From Callorhinchus milii (taxonomy: Eukaryota): a stretch of 64,000 bases of DNA. Positions 1-12,880 of this stretch are shown piece after piece; within the stretch, counting starts at the first letter, position 1, and every line of letters begins with the position of its first letter. Location of the stretch: the NCBI RefSeq assembly GCF_018977255.1, contig NW_024704759.1, forward strand, positions 14,322,001 through 14,386,000. Reading direction: 5' to 3'. The notes under the pieces are model-generated. The model did not search any database, was not told where the DNA came from, and was given only the letters and a program-made list of their open reading frames with translations. Both the position numbers and the translations under genes were made by a program.

Positions 1-2104
1 GAAGTTAGCTTTCAACACCCGGAGAATAAATTGATATTTTTACACTGCAAAATAATTAGGGAGGCTGTAAAGTGCTGAAATTACCCGTTTATAGTGGTCA
101 AATAGTTTAACCCCACTTCCGTTAATTAAAAAAAATGTAAATTCACCATTTGCTGCTATGAAATAAATAGAATATTCAACTGCAGAGAGAGCGAGAGAGA
201 ACTTGTCAAGCAATTCAAAGATTCAAATCAATTAAACCTTTTTTTACCCATTCAATTACATTTGTGATCCAACCAAAAAAAGGTGAAAGTAAGTGCAGAT
301 CAAAACATCAATATCTCTCCCCAACTATGTTTTCATTCCTTTTTTATCCCCCTTTGCGATTTCTTTTGTTTCTCAAGATGCTGACCTGTGCTGAGAGCCA
401 TCCCACTCTGCTCCAAGTCACCCATTCCTTCTCGCAATTTGAGCTCAGACTGTGGGAGCCAGTGGAAAACGGGACCATCCTAAGCTGAGCCCAAACTAGC
501 CCTGGTCCAATCCCCAAAGCATGTACTTTCCTATACAGGGTACGAGGTAGCAAACAGAAGCAGGAACCTTTCCACACGAGGTACGTAACTGTTGTCAGAC
601 TTCCAGTTCCACCTTGAGACAGTGGTGCAGTTCAGAGAGGCTATTACTTTTATGTGAAACACATTGTTAAAGTGTCTGTTGTACACAGTTTTGTTCGACT
701 GGAATTCTTGAATGATTTCAATCTCCTGTTTGGGAATCACTAGCGTTTCAAGCGTCAAACACAGTTACGACTGGAACTGGAACAATGTGTCCCTCTTACT
801 GTTTGTTTATCTAGATTGAAACGGGCAATGGTTCTGGCTTTGGCTCCGTGATAATAGCACAACACATTTTTGGAAGATTCTTAGGACCAATGGTAAAAGT
901 CAATAATGATTTCAGTGCAGTGGCCACCTCTGCCAAAGCTTGACCAGTATCAATTCCCCCTCCCTCCCTCCCCATCATTCTCTCCACCACCTATCTTTCA
1001 TCAAAACATGTATATTTTCTAACTTGAACACAGGAACGACAATGCAGGCCGTGTAGATAGAATAATTCTTTGAGGTCGGTTTCCAGAGACTAAACCCCTT
1101 GCTATCATAACATGAATAACCTTTGCAGCTGCCGGTTCCTAAGTCGGACAACACTTATTTCTCTGTCTCTGATCTCCTTAGTGTTTTGGGGTAATATGGT
1201 CTTGCGGAAGTTCTAATTTGCAAATTTCCTGCACACAGACTGCCTCATTCACAAATTGCAGATGTAAATGGTGGTGGGGAGGGTTGGGGGTGGGGATTGG
1301 GGAGGGAATGGAAATTCTATTTAAGCAATTTACAATTTAATGAATTAAATGAATAGCAAAAGTACCGGTTTAATACATGTTTAAAGCTTTTCAGGGTGCG
1401 TAATTGTATAATACATGATAAGTGTGCATTCTACACCTGTGATGAGGTGCCATAAAATTTTATTTAAATACGTGAATTTGTAATGGCAATAATGAAGTAC
1501 ATTCCTGAATGGTCTGAGTGCACTTAAGGAGCCATCGAAATGAAGACCATTAAAATGGAGCATACTGCCTGAAAAAAGGACCAAAATGTTTAACTTGTGT
1601 CATTTTTATGTGGTACATATATCAGCCAGGTATCTCAGCATGAGTCAGATAATGATCTCTTGTGCACTAAAAAGGTCAGGAATGAATCAAATTTAGCACA
1701 CTGCACAGATAATATAGAGAAAAAAAATTAATAGAGTGCTGTATTTGATGGAATATGGATCATATTTTAGAGTGTTATATTGTAAATGAGGGCTCTTAGT
1801 GGCCAGCGCATTATAATCTGCACTAGAGCTGGAGCCCGTAGCACTGGAATTTATGAAAATGCAGCGTTTCTTCATGAAAAATTATCAGTGATAACAAACA
1901 GCGGCTTCTGGGCTGCTCGTACGCTGTAAGAGTCGGGCTCTCAAAGTGTCCACTTTTCCCTTGGAGGAACGGAGGGAGGGGACCCTGCACAGGAACCAAC
2001 CGGGCACTTTGTCAACATGACCCCTCGTGCCGGGCAGCACCTCAGCAAAAACCCAACGAGGATCTTATTCGAGAATCACAAAGGAAGGCATTGCGAACAC
2101 TGCA

Positions 2105-2300
2105 GATTTCAGGTGGCCGGTCGAAGAGGAAGGTCCTCAGGGGCGACCTGAAGATGGGGAAGGAAAGGGGGCGAGGCGGAGGGATTAGAGGGAGAGAGTC
2201 CCAGAGTTTCGGGGCGTCATGGCTGAAAGCCCGGCCACTGGTGGGGAACTGAGGGCACGAGGAACGTGCAGGAGGCCGGAGCCGATCGAGCCGAGATCTG
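2105..2300 (-). mobile_element. L2-clade LINE fragment (ORF2 C-terminus, frameshifted)
   Basis: Minus strand reads GSGLLHVPR, then after a frameshift GRAFSHDAPKLWDSLP. This is the typical L2 ORF2 C-terminal signature (GRAFS.APxLWNSLP). Confidence 0.8.
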
Positions 2301-2719
2301 CTTTTGAGGGAAACCCAGACAAACTGCTGATTACAAAGAAGTTTAAATATACCACAAAGGCACTGTCAGCAGCACAGCGCAAAGTAATAATTCAACTGAG
2401 CAGGTCAGATTATATCATAAACCACAAGATTGAAAATCAAGCAGTTTATGAATATCAGCCGGACGGCCAGATTGAATTGCTGTCTCCAACTCAATGGCAG
2501 AAGGTGAAGAGAGGTAATAAAGATAATAATGGCAACAGTGACAGAATGTAACCTCACAGCAACGCCCCAACGCAGCAGATAACTGGATTTCTTTCCACGT
2601 CAGGTCACCGTAATCGCAGTAAAACTAAACGGTATCAGATATATTGCAAGATGACATGCACGTATATAAAAATAAACTCCTTTTTTATTTTTTCGGGGCC
2701 CAATTTTCGTTTTCCTTCT

Positions 2720-2925
2720 CGCTTGACAGTGGCGGGGTCTGACACCGAGCCAGGGGGAGAGGGGTGGCGGGGTGAGGGGTTGGTGTTGTGGGGGCTGGGA
2801 AGGTGACCGTAAGCACGATCAAAAAAGGAGGGGTCTTTAGGCGGGATTTGAAAGTGGGGAGTCAGAGAGAGGGGGCAAGGCGGAGGGATCGAGGGAGAGA
2901 GTTCCAGAGTTGCGAGGGTAGGAGA
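2720..2925 (-). mobile_element. L2-clade LINE 3' fragment
   Basis: Minus strand ctctggaactctctccct = LWNSLP, then FKSRLKT and FDRAYGH across a frameshift. The 3' UTR matches the + copy at 7020-7250 (gtcagaccccgccactgtcaagcg vs gtcagactccgccactgtcaagcg). Confidence 0.8.
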
Positions 2926-3764
2926 ATAAGGTTGGGTCAAAAATTGATCCTCCCAACTGTAGCCCTGGGCTTTTTAACAGAAACTCCCAGAGAGAACAGG
3001 AAATTCCCAAGAGCAGCACTGACACCTGACATGACATCTGCCTCCCACCAATGTACAGATGTCAGGACATGCTGATATTGGATGGCAAGAACTACATGTA
3101 CATGGCATGACAGGAGCTGTTGGGAAGAGGGTGCTTTCTAGCCAGTCCGGACGGGATCCAAACATGGCCAATGAACGACCAAATCTACCGCAGGGCGTCC
3201 GATGAAAAAACACAGTACTGTGCAGTCTGATCCCTAAACCTAGTTTAACTGTTGCTTTGCTCATCTCAGTTATTGGGTCTGGCCATCCAAGCTTTATTTT
3301 CCGTTGTAACGTAATCGAAAGCATTGCGGAAACTTGTTTTGAATTCAATGTTTCGGGTGATGGGGGGGGGGGTGCGAGGTGAGGAACTCTCCACTTGACT
3401 TCGTGTTCCAATTGCGAATTAGACTAATTAACATATAATAGGTCCACCAGGGCTCGAGTTGCTTTGCCGAGCCTGCCCTGAGGGAACGAGGCTATAGTTC
3501 AGCTGTCTGTTTTATATTAGTTGGTCTAAAGTTCACCCGTATAAACTTGTCACATTTTCTATAATTAACAGACTGGTCATTAGACATACCTGTGGGTCAC
3601 ATATCAGTCAACAGCTGATTGATACTCGACCAATAATTGCTCTGTAGTCCGCCTGCAACGTTTGGCTTCCAGGCGTATTCAGCAGGAAAGCTGTTTGTTT
3701 TATTCACTCGCTACATCCATTACAGCCGGCATTTAATCTGTGTTAAATTCGTTCACAACTGCCA

Positions 3765-3768
<4 letters not shown>

Positions 3769-3796
<28 letters not shown>
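3769..3796. repeat. (TC)n microsatellite
   Basis: Direct reading of the sequence. Confidence 0.95.
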
Positions 3797-3797
<1 letters not shown>

Positions 3798-4498
3798 GAG
3801 CAGATGTTATAGGGCCATAAAACCTGAAGATATCAGCAAACACGACGGACATTCTGTCGTCGCTTCTCTCTTGTTCTCCTCTCTCTCTCTCGTCAGCTTC
3901 TCCCTGTAATCTTTAGTCAATATCGGGGAGACAGACAGACAGACAGAGAGAGAGAGTTCGGTTGGGAAAAGTGGTGTAGGCGGGCAAGGCAAGGATGTGA
4001 ATTCAGGCTGGCTCTGATCACACCTGTCCTCCTCTATTAACAAAGCACAATCGAAACTTCGGGCAGCGATGATTTATTAGGGTTACCTGACCTCCAGCTG
4101 TGAAAGCCGTTTTGAATACATGACAGTATTTTACACCACGGCACGGAGTAGAAAAAAAAGCCATTCATTAAACATTAAAAGTTAAACCATTCTCCACCCC
4201 ACACCCCTGCCTCCACCCCCCCACCCCCCACACACCCCCATTGTAGTCGGAACAAGATAGTCCAGCCTGCACTGTAGCTCAGAATGACTACAAATCAACA
4301 CCATTCAGTCATAATAGATGGTGTTTGTATCGCAATGGGCAATTGCGAATGGAACCGATTGAAGAGCGAGACTCAATGTCGAGGCTGATTCCCTGACACG
4401 GGAGGAGAGGGGGGGGGGGTATCTGGAGGAGAGAATGCGCAATATGTTCTGATCACATCACATGACTGACACTTCCCATCCAATAGAAGAAACCACTC

Positions 4499-4522
4499 AT
4501 TATGATTATGATGATGATGATG

Positions 4523-4552
<30 letters not shown>
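4499..4552. repeat. compound (GAT)n/(TAT)n microsatellite
   Basis: Direct reading. Explains the poly-D/Y and poly-N/H ORFs. Confidence 0.95.
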
Positions 4553-4554
<2 letters not shown>

Positions 4555-4659
4555 ACAACACTTTCCTCTGTTAGGTTCAACAGGCAAAAAAAAACAACTT
4601 CCTGTTTCAGAAGATTTCTGGCACTTGAGAACGACACCATGCATAAGTCATCTTTCATC

Positions 4660-5000
4660 AACGACGACAACAACTTAGATTTATATAGTGCCCTTCACCC
4701 CGGACAGTGTCTCGCAGCACTCAAAGCGGGAGACTGCATTTTCCAGCACTACAACTGAATTGCATACATGAGGGAGAAGTAGAATAGAGAGGTAAGGGAG
4801 ATGGGATTAGTTGGGGTGGTGATAGAATGGTAGTAAAAAAAACGCCAGGAGGGAGTAGTTAGACCGGTGGCCTGTTTCTGCACTGCACTGTACAATCCAA
4901 GTAATTCAATGTAATTCTATGATTTCATACAACAACAACAAGATTACATTTGTATAACGCCTTTCACATCGGGAGGATGTCCCAAGGTGCTGGACAGAGC
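4660..5000 (-). mobile_element. two L2-type 3' tail fragments with (CAA)n, flanking a short + strand CR1 tail
   Basis: caacaac...atttatatagtgcccttcac and caacaacaagattacatttgtataacgcctttcacatcgggaggatgtccc are reverse complements of the gtgaaaggcgctatataaatgcaa(gtt)n tail. Confidence 0.65.
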
Positions 5001-6522
5001 ACAGCATTTCAGTACAGTATTTTGTCATAGGGCAACAGAAGCAGAAACACAGAGGAAGGAGACAAGGGAAATTCCTGATCATGTGAATGCAGACAATTGA
5101 CCTGAAATCTTTTCTTGCCACATAATCACAGAGTGAAAAAAATGTGACATTTCACAACAGATTTGAAATCACATCGAATCTGCAGTGTTTCATATGCTGT
5201 GTTTTCCATCCTATTGTATAGTATTCCGGAAAACACAATGGATCAAGCTGAAACCAGTCTTTCATTATAATTTGCCTCTGTCTACTCTCAGCTTGTAGTG
5301 CCACCTAATATGTAGGAAACGTTTCTGACATTCTCAAACACTTGAACCTCCACGCTGATAAAAGCTTCAGCGGTCAAACTGAAGTGAAATAACGTGAATC
5401 AGGGTGATCTAAACTGGTTCTGCTGCTCTTGATGAAGTGAATTGGTTCACAATAGGTCCCGTCTCGTCCCTTAAAATCTCAGCTCCCAAAGACCAGCTAC
5501 CATACAGATCCCGAACAAGGAAAATACAGCAGATTATAACACAGTCACGAAACAATCATCTTTCTCTCCTCTTTCTCTCTCTCTCTGGTGTTGCTTAAAT
5601 AGACGTCAATACATTTCTCGAAATAACCTCAGAGTGCCCAGTGTAAACTGCATTCGCATTCTGTCCCGGAGGTCAAACAATACAGTACTTAAGCAATAAT
5701 TTCCATTTGTCCAGAGTGAATGAGGCAATAAACAGTCTCTTTTTGCTGTACAGATTTTATAGCCACAGACCTAGGTATTTAATCAAAGTGTGAGAGCTGT
5801 TTATTGTTCAGCACACTACAGACCGCAGGGTGGTTGCCATTATTACACTATATTGTACCAGTATTTCATTAAAAGGGTGTAAAGGATATGTTTTTTAAAA
5901 AATCATTTGTGAATTGTAGGGTTAGAGTTACATGTCATGTCAGGAGTGACCTATCTCATTCCAGAGGCAGTTTTTTTTTCTCTCTCTCTCCGCCATAGTT
6001 GTTTTTTTTCAAAAAATAAAAGATTCTTTTTGTGAAAATCACATGCAAAATTTCAAGCCATTTGATTGCAGTCTGTGAGCGTGATTTTAATCGATGATCC
6101 AACAACAACAACAACAACAACGCATCACAAGATTACAAGATTTGTCTGGGTGAAGAAAAAAAGGTCCTTCTTCCCATCCAATCTCATCCTGGAGGGTTTC
6201 ACTTGATTCTGCCTTTTCCGCCACCTGACAAGCCTCAGCGCAAAATCCTACCCAGGCCACTGTTAAACCACATATGTCATGAGCGAGTCAATCACATCAG
6301 TGGATCTGCACTGCCTCTGCTTCCTCCCCAGTCTGTTCTTCTACATCCATCAGTGTCAATCCAAGGATTGGCAAGTCAGTCACCTGGCAGAATAGCTCAC
6401 TATCATTTTTCCCATTCTACCTGTTGGCCTGCCATCCATTTTCATGCACAGTCAGTCCATCAGGTCACCTCCCCTTGTCAATCAGAGATTCAGTGTAGGA
6501 TAAACCGCTTAACATTCTACAC

Positions 6523-6678
6523 NNNNNNNNNNNNNNNNNNNNNNNNNNNNNNNNNNNNNNNNNNNNNNNNNNNNNNNNNNNNNNNNNNNNNNNNNNNNNN
6601 NNNNNNNNNNNNNNNNNNNNNNNNNNNNNNNNNNNNNNNNNNNNNNNNNNNNNNNNNNNNNNNNNNNNNNNNNNNNNN
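6523..6678. other. assembly gap (N run)
   Basis: 156 N characters. Confidence 1.
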
Positions 6679-7019
6679 TTGTTGAACGTTTAAGATTTTT
6701 TTTTGATTCACAGAAGGTTTTCCCAGGATCGATGCAGGCAGCTTTTTGGCTGATCACTGCACTTACTGGTTAACCTTCAGGGCTCAGGCAATACTAACTG
6801 TATTCAGAGGCTGCAAATTTTCAAAACCCAATACGTTCAGTTTAAATTTCTATACCAATAAAAAATGTCAATTGAGTCCTTCATTTGATTCACAGCGGTT
6901 CATTCAATGGCTTTCGTTTTTTTTTACGGGGCTGGAATTTCACATCCAATAACCCGCCCGCAGATATAACCCTTGTGTGAACAGGAAATCCTGAGTGAAT
7001 ATTCTCTTTCGCCCATTTT

Positions 7020-7250
7020 CCCCGTGATGCGCACTCTCTCGGCCCTGTGCTACCTCTCTACCCCTCCACCTTGCTCCTTCAATCCCCATTTTTAATTCCC
7101 ACCTAAAGATCCTTCTTTTTCCATCGTGCTTATGGTCACATCCCCACTCCCTCCCTCTCCCCTCCCCCCCAGGTTGGGGTCAGACTCCGCCACTGTCAAG
7201 CGCTACCCCTCATGAAGGGCGCTGTGTAAATGCAAGTTGTTGCTGTTGTT
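7020..7250 (+). mobile_element. L2-clade LINE 3' end with (GTT)n tail
   Basis: Degenerate FNSHLKILLF/HRAYGH ORF2 end, C-rich UTR, then gaagggcgctgtgtaaatgcaagttgttgctgttgtt. Confidence 0.75.
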
Positions 7251-7372
7251 GACTCCCACCAATCCTTCACAGCCACGATGGTCAGGCCTGACCTCGCCAG
7301 GCCCCTCTGGTAAATATAAGCAAAATTCTGTTATCATAACATTACTAATTTGGTCACTCAATCCATGACAAA

Positions 7373-7609
7373 AAAACAATGAATGTCAAATATTAACCTT
7401 TAATCATCCAGGCTTAACCATCAGGTGCTAGATCAGATATAATAATAATTTGGTCACTTCAATCCACGACTGTTTGTGGGACGCTGCTGTGCGCAATTGG
7501 CTGCCGTGTTTCACCCACAAAATGTACAATCAGTTCACTTCATGGTATAATTTGTGAAGCGCTTTGAGACGTCTCAATGATGTGCTAAGGCGCTGTATCA
7601 ACCGCAAGG

Positions 7610-7644
<35 letters not shown>
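7373..7644 (+). mobile_element. composite Deu-SINE: 68-bp non-tRNA head + SINE 3' half + (ATT)n
   Basis: Head is 65/68 identical to 47227-47294. Body ctgtttgtgggacgctgctgtgcgcaattggctgcc is Deu-domain-like; tail is gcaagg(att)n. Confidence 0.85.
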
Positions 7645-7645
<1 letters not shown>

Positions 7646-9835
7646 GGAGCCCAAACATTAAAAACCGGGGTTGTGGCTCTGACCGTTACTGCTGTTTGAC
7701 TTGAACAGTGTGACTATGATCTGTAGTAAATCATCAGGACATCCACGGCCTATTGCGAATTAAATAATATGCGACTCAAACCTCTCGTCCCATCGTCCTG
7801 AAGTGAGAAGGTGCCTGAAGCTGGTGTCAAGCACCTCCTACAGGCAGTTCTGAAAGGAAGGAAAGCAGAAATACAGACCCAGAGAAATCAGTCAGACTCG
7901 CTAAAACCATGCCTATTAAATATAGATACTGGGCAAGAAGTCTGTCAGCTAAAGGTAGGAGAGACGTATCTCCCACAGAAAGATCGCACTGCATTGCAAA
8001 TTAAACAATTAAATGTGCAGAAAGTATTGTAGATTTGAGAATGTTTCAGACAGCTGTCTTTCAGCCGCAGCTGGTGGGATTCAATTATCAATATTCGCTG
8101 AATAAGATGGAAGAGGATATGTCTAAGATGTCCTTCAATCTGCTGGATCTCCGACTAATAATATTCTGCTGTGGCCGTTTTTGCCTTTTTAATATCTGAG
8201 TGTACAGAAATTGTTGCACGAGTCACTTTGTATTGCATTACGCTGGCTCCTGCTCGAGAAATGCCTTTGTGAGCAATAATTGTAAACCTCTTTTGTTATG
8301 TATAGCCTTTATATCTGAACAAGTGGCACCTTGAAAATGCCCCCAAAGGTGAGGTGCAAAAGGGAATGCGATCAGAAGGAATAAAAACAGACACTTTAAT
8401 ATATTGAGTAATTTAGCTGCAACATGTTGAGGGGAACAGCAGCCAGCAATTGCCTTGCAGCTCCCAGGATCATCACAGCTGATTTAAGGGTCTTTTTTTC
8501 CCAAATGCAGCTCTAGATGGTGAAGATTCTGATTCCGAGCGGTGGTTTCAGATTCACGGCCCACACAAGGTAAAAAGCTCAAACAAGAAGGCAATTTAAG
8601 AGGGCAAGTTTCGATTCATTTATCCTTGCGCAATCACGCTTCTCACCCACCCCCCACCCCCTCCCCACCCCCACCCCAATATAAATATCACGGGGCTAGT
8701 TTGACAATTGTGGATTAAAAACAAACATTCACATTTTCACATAAATAAATCACTCTGTAAACAGCGCCATGTCCAAGTGCTCGGAGGGTCAAAAAGAGCA
8801 CTCTCCTAACCCCCCCAAAACCCCCAAAAATGTTCAGTGATCGAGTGAGTATGCCTAGAACCTCCTTAAAATTCTTAAAACTTAATTAAAACAGTGTGGA
8901 GAGCAGTTCGTCACATGATTTGCAATGTACAGTACAGCACCAACCAAATATGTCTTTCATCAAGAGTGTTAGATTGATAGTCTTCTCTTCCCACACAGTC
9001 CAGCCCCTCCTTACCCCCCCTCTTTTTTTCCTCTCTCCTACTGTACTTTAAAAGCACTCAAGCGTTTAAAGCAGTGAAACGAATACAAAAGGCCAAAAAA
9101 AAATGAGCAGAGAAATGAATACCTCTGCTCTGCAATGTAAGCCCCCCCACCCCAAACTACCCTCGTTAAACAAAAAAAGGTTTCACTCAGAAGCGAGACA
9201 TTATTTTATTCCACTTGGAGTGGGCTGAACTCCAGAAGACTTTCTCTTTGCCCCAGATTTATGGCCTGGTGCCATGTGATGTGCATTTGTTGGTGGGGAG
9301 ACTCGAGGCTGCTGAACAGAGTCTGATTTTAATTAGTTGAGATTCATCATGTTGGAGTCAGTGTGGAAGGATGGACCAGGGCTTGCACAGCTGAACTTCA
9401 ATAACGGTGACAGTCGAAGGGGTTTCCGTGTGGGAGACTCCCATCCGGAAAACTTAACAAGTCATTTCAATTGAAATAATTCAGCGGGCGGTGGGTGGTG
9501 GGGCGGAGAGGAGAGGGGAGAGAGGGTTGGAGAGGCCGTACAATGTTGGGGTTCTAGTGATGGCAGTATTCCGAACACAAGTCACATTGCAGCACAGAAT
9601 CACCGTTAACTCTTTGATTGACAGTATTATAAATTAACATTAGAAATGCACACTGGAGTAAAATGTTTTGCTGTTCAATCATTGCACTTCAGTGTTGCAG
9701 TAGTGTAGGGGGAGAAATACACTTTGGTTTTCCAAGGCTCGGTCTTATCTACATTTGAATTGTTGAGGGATTCCATTTACGGTGAAGTATTTGCTTTATT
9801 ATTATTATTATTATTGTTGTAAGCAAACATATGGT

Positions 9836-9996
9836 GTCAGCCTGGCTCAGTTGGAAGCACTCTCGCCTTTGAGTCAGAAGGTTGAGGGATATTGTAATAA
9901 TCCTTGCAACTGGTATAGCACCTTTTCACATCAGGAGGATGTTTCAAAGCATTTCACAGGATATATTGTAAAGTGTAGCTACTGTATTTTGTAGGC
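9836..9996. mobile_element. old Deu-SINE tRNA head (+) abutting a SINE 3' tail (-)
   Basis: tggctcagttggaagcactctcgcctttgagtcagaaggttg head, followed by the reverse-complement tail taataatccttgcaactggtatagcacc. Confidence 0.7.
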
Positions 9997-12523
9997 AAGA
10001 GGTGTGACAGCACCTGAATCATGTCAACACTTGTGCATTTAACAGGTGAAAATACATTCCTTTTTACGAAGCAATGAATAGCGCAGCAGGAAATGGGATA
10101 AAATTCATGGACAAATCAAACCTCAATGTAAGAAGTGGGCTCAGGGTTGAATGTGTGTAACAACTCTCAGATTCTATGGTTCTCTGTGATTATTAATCAT
10201 AATACTGCCATAGATAATCAGAGTCAACTCGCCGGGCTTAAATAACACACAACCTTTGGGTTAACCTTGAAAAGTGATCATTCCATTCTCAATAATTCAA
10301 CCGAGATAAAACTGTGGAGGAATTCAATGATGTTTTAATGACAGGCTGGTGTACATAATCCCAGTAGATTAAGCAATGCCCTTCGCTAGACTGTGAAAGA
10401 ATCCCAAGGCAAGCACGAGGTGACTTGTCAGATGTCATTCACCCTGAGAACCTGCCAGGTGGATATCTTGGTCAGGAATCGACAGGCCCCACCTTGGAGG
10501 TAAGAGATGAATGGTTCTTACCCACTGAAGAGTGCAGCGTTAGATTCAGATCTGGCTGAGAAATTAACTGGAGGACTTTCTTGCCAGGAACGGTATGAAG
10601 CGATCTCAACTTCAAACAGGACTTGTGGTGGATGGGCTACACTGAAGGAGCGAAGTGGGAGAAATATGAGCTAAATTAGGGTGAGATAGATAAATTCCAT
10701 TGCAAGTGGATTGTAGGGCTGGGATCAGTGTAGATTGGAATGGTCATTGATTGGGAGGGAATGAGGGAGAGAGAGTTTGAGGAAGGGGTCCAATGGTTTG
10801 ATGTATGGTGAGATGAATGTGAAGGTGAAAGAAGGCTGCAGGCTACAATTAGGGGCGAGACGGGATAGAGAGCAAAATCTCCAGAGCACAAACCTAGAGC
10901 AAGGACTCAATACTCTGATTAGTTTGTTCTTGTTCTGAGGATTCCTATGACTTATTGATTGACTCCATTTCCCAGCAGCACCTGCACATTATTGTAATTA
11001 CACACAGAAAGCTGGAAATGAAGAAACATGTCAATGGACCATTTTGTTGGGAAAAACCTAATAGCATCCACCGAGTTTATCAGATACAGACACATGTCAA
11101 AGGATGACGCAAGATCAATTGTTATCTTCTCAGCGAGTGAGTGTGCGATACGTTCTCTTTTTAAATGAAGTCTTTGGGCAAAAATACTTCAAACAGCATC
11201 AACAGAAACTCCAGAATGTCTAATTCATTTTACAATGCACTGCACCCAACAGTGACCTCTGATCTTCACTGAAACCCAGAACGACGGTGAGAGAACACTC
11301 TCTTGTCAACCGAAACTCAATCTGAAAGAGATGAAGAAGTGATACTCATACAATACTGCTTGCATTCGATAAAGGGCCTTTCACATCAAGTGCACACGTC
11401 AATGTACTTCACAGATGTGAATGTTTTCGGATGTTTTCTGGTGTAGTAAGCCTATGGAATGTAGCAGGTGGTATTTTATACAGTGAGAATACGGTGTAAA
11501 GTTCACACACCACAATAAATTAAATTGAATAGGGTCAAAGAACACGATTATAAATTTAGGAAAGTTTAACGTGAAGCAAAAGATTCCAGTGAATATAGAC
11601 CAGACTGGAATAGAACGCCAGCCAACAATTCTATGAGAAAGGGACATTCATTTTCACCAAGTCTCACTTTTCTACAGACATTTTGACCCGCCTCAAACGC
11701 CTCCAAACTTTAATTAAACTAAAGAGAAAATTTTGCAACGTTGCTTCTTGCCCTGAAATGTGATCAAGAAAAAAACTCCAAATTGTTTATCTTAATCCTC
11801 CACACCTTGGTTTCCAATAATTTCACATCTCAATAATTCTAGGAATAATTACGGTCCACGTATTCCTCTCTACACTTACACCTTACAACATTTAAGGCTA
11901 ACCAGGTGACTATTGTACCTAGCCAGCTATTGTTTCAAGGAGTAACCTGACGTGGGGTAAAGTGATTTTGCTGGGATTCAGGACCATATCTACTGTTCTG
12001 TTTAGAAAACAAAATCTTGTCACCCCACATCTGGCTGATAGGTTTGCTACTTCCATACGCAAATTGTATTTTCTGGACGATTGGGTTTCTTTTTTAATTA
12101 ATTTTTAGCTTTGTCTAAGTGCACACTTTAAACACAGCACATTATTAACCAATCTACCCAGCTAATTCATACTAATCGCTGATTTTATTCCACCGTTGTT
12201 ACCTCTCACCAGCAGAGAGAATGATGGAATGCACCTCACTTCACACAATGAACACAGTCTCAACAGCCATCGAATACAATCTAAGGAGACTTGGCTAGGA
12301 TAGATTACAAGCACATCGAATTCAGGCACAGCTGAAACTGACTGCCGCTTAGCACGGTGAATGTGGATTTAGCTGAACAGACTACCACCTAGTGCAGGGA
12401 ATACAGATTCAGCTGGAACAGATTCTGACAACCATTCCTACTCGCTAATGATTAAAAGTGCAAAAGGAACTGTTCAGGCATGATTTGCAGCCCTGTTAAC
12501 ATGCCACGAGCCAGCTTTTAAAT

Positions 12524-12880
12524 GTCAGGCTGGCTCACTTTGGTAGCACTCTTGCCTCTGAGTCAGAAGACTGTGGGTTCAAGCCCCCTTGTTGAGAGTT
12601 TGAATACACAATCTAAGGTGACACTCCAATGCAGTACCGGGGTGGTGGGGGGGGTCGGGAATGGGTTAGTGTTGTATTATCAGAGTGTCGTCCTTCAGAT
12701 AAGAAGTTAATCTAAGTCTCTCTGTTCAGGCAGATGTTAAGGATCCCATGGCACTATTCGAAAAGAGAAGGGATTTGCTCAGTGCCCTGACCACATTAGT
12801 CGTTCAATTCACGGCTTTTTGTGGGACATCGATGTATGAACACTGATTGCCATGTTTGCCTTCCAATACAATCACTACAC
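12524..12880 (+). mobile_element. old SacSINE1/AmnSINE-like Deu-domain SINE
   Basis: tRNA-like head (ggtagcactcttgcctctgagtcagaagactgtgggttcaagccc), then gacactccaatgcagtac, gatcccatggcactattcgaaaagag and tttgtgggac blocks in the order typical of Deu-SINEs. Confidence 0.8.

Noticed and set aside
6203-6757. ORFs spanning the N run
   Set aside because: Artefacts of the assembly gap.
10390-10499. Exon-like segment ending gag|gtaaga
   Set aside because: The donor region resembles the reverse complement of a decayed tRNA-SINE head, and the peptides are unrecognisable.
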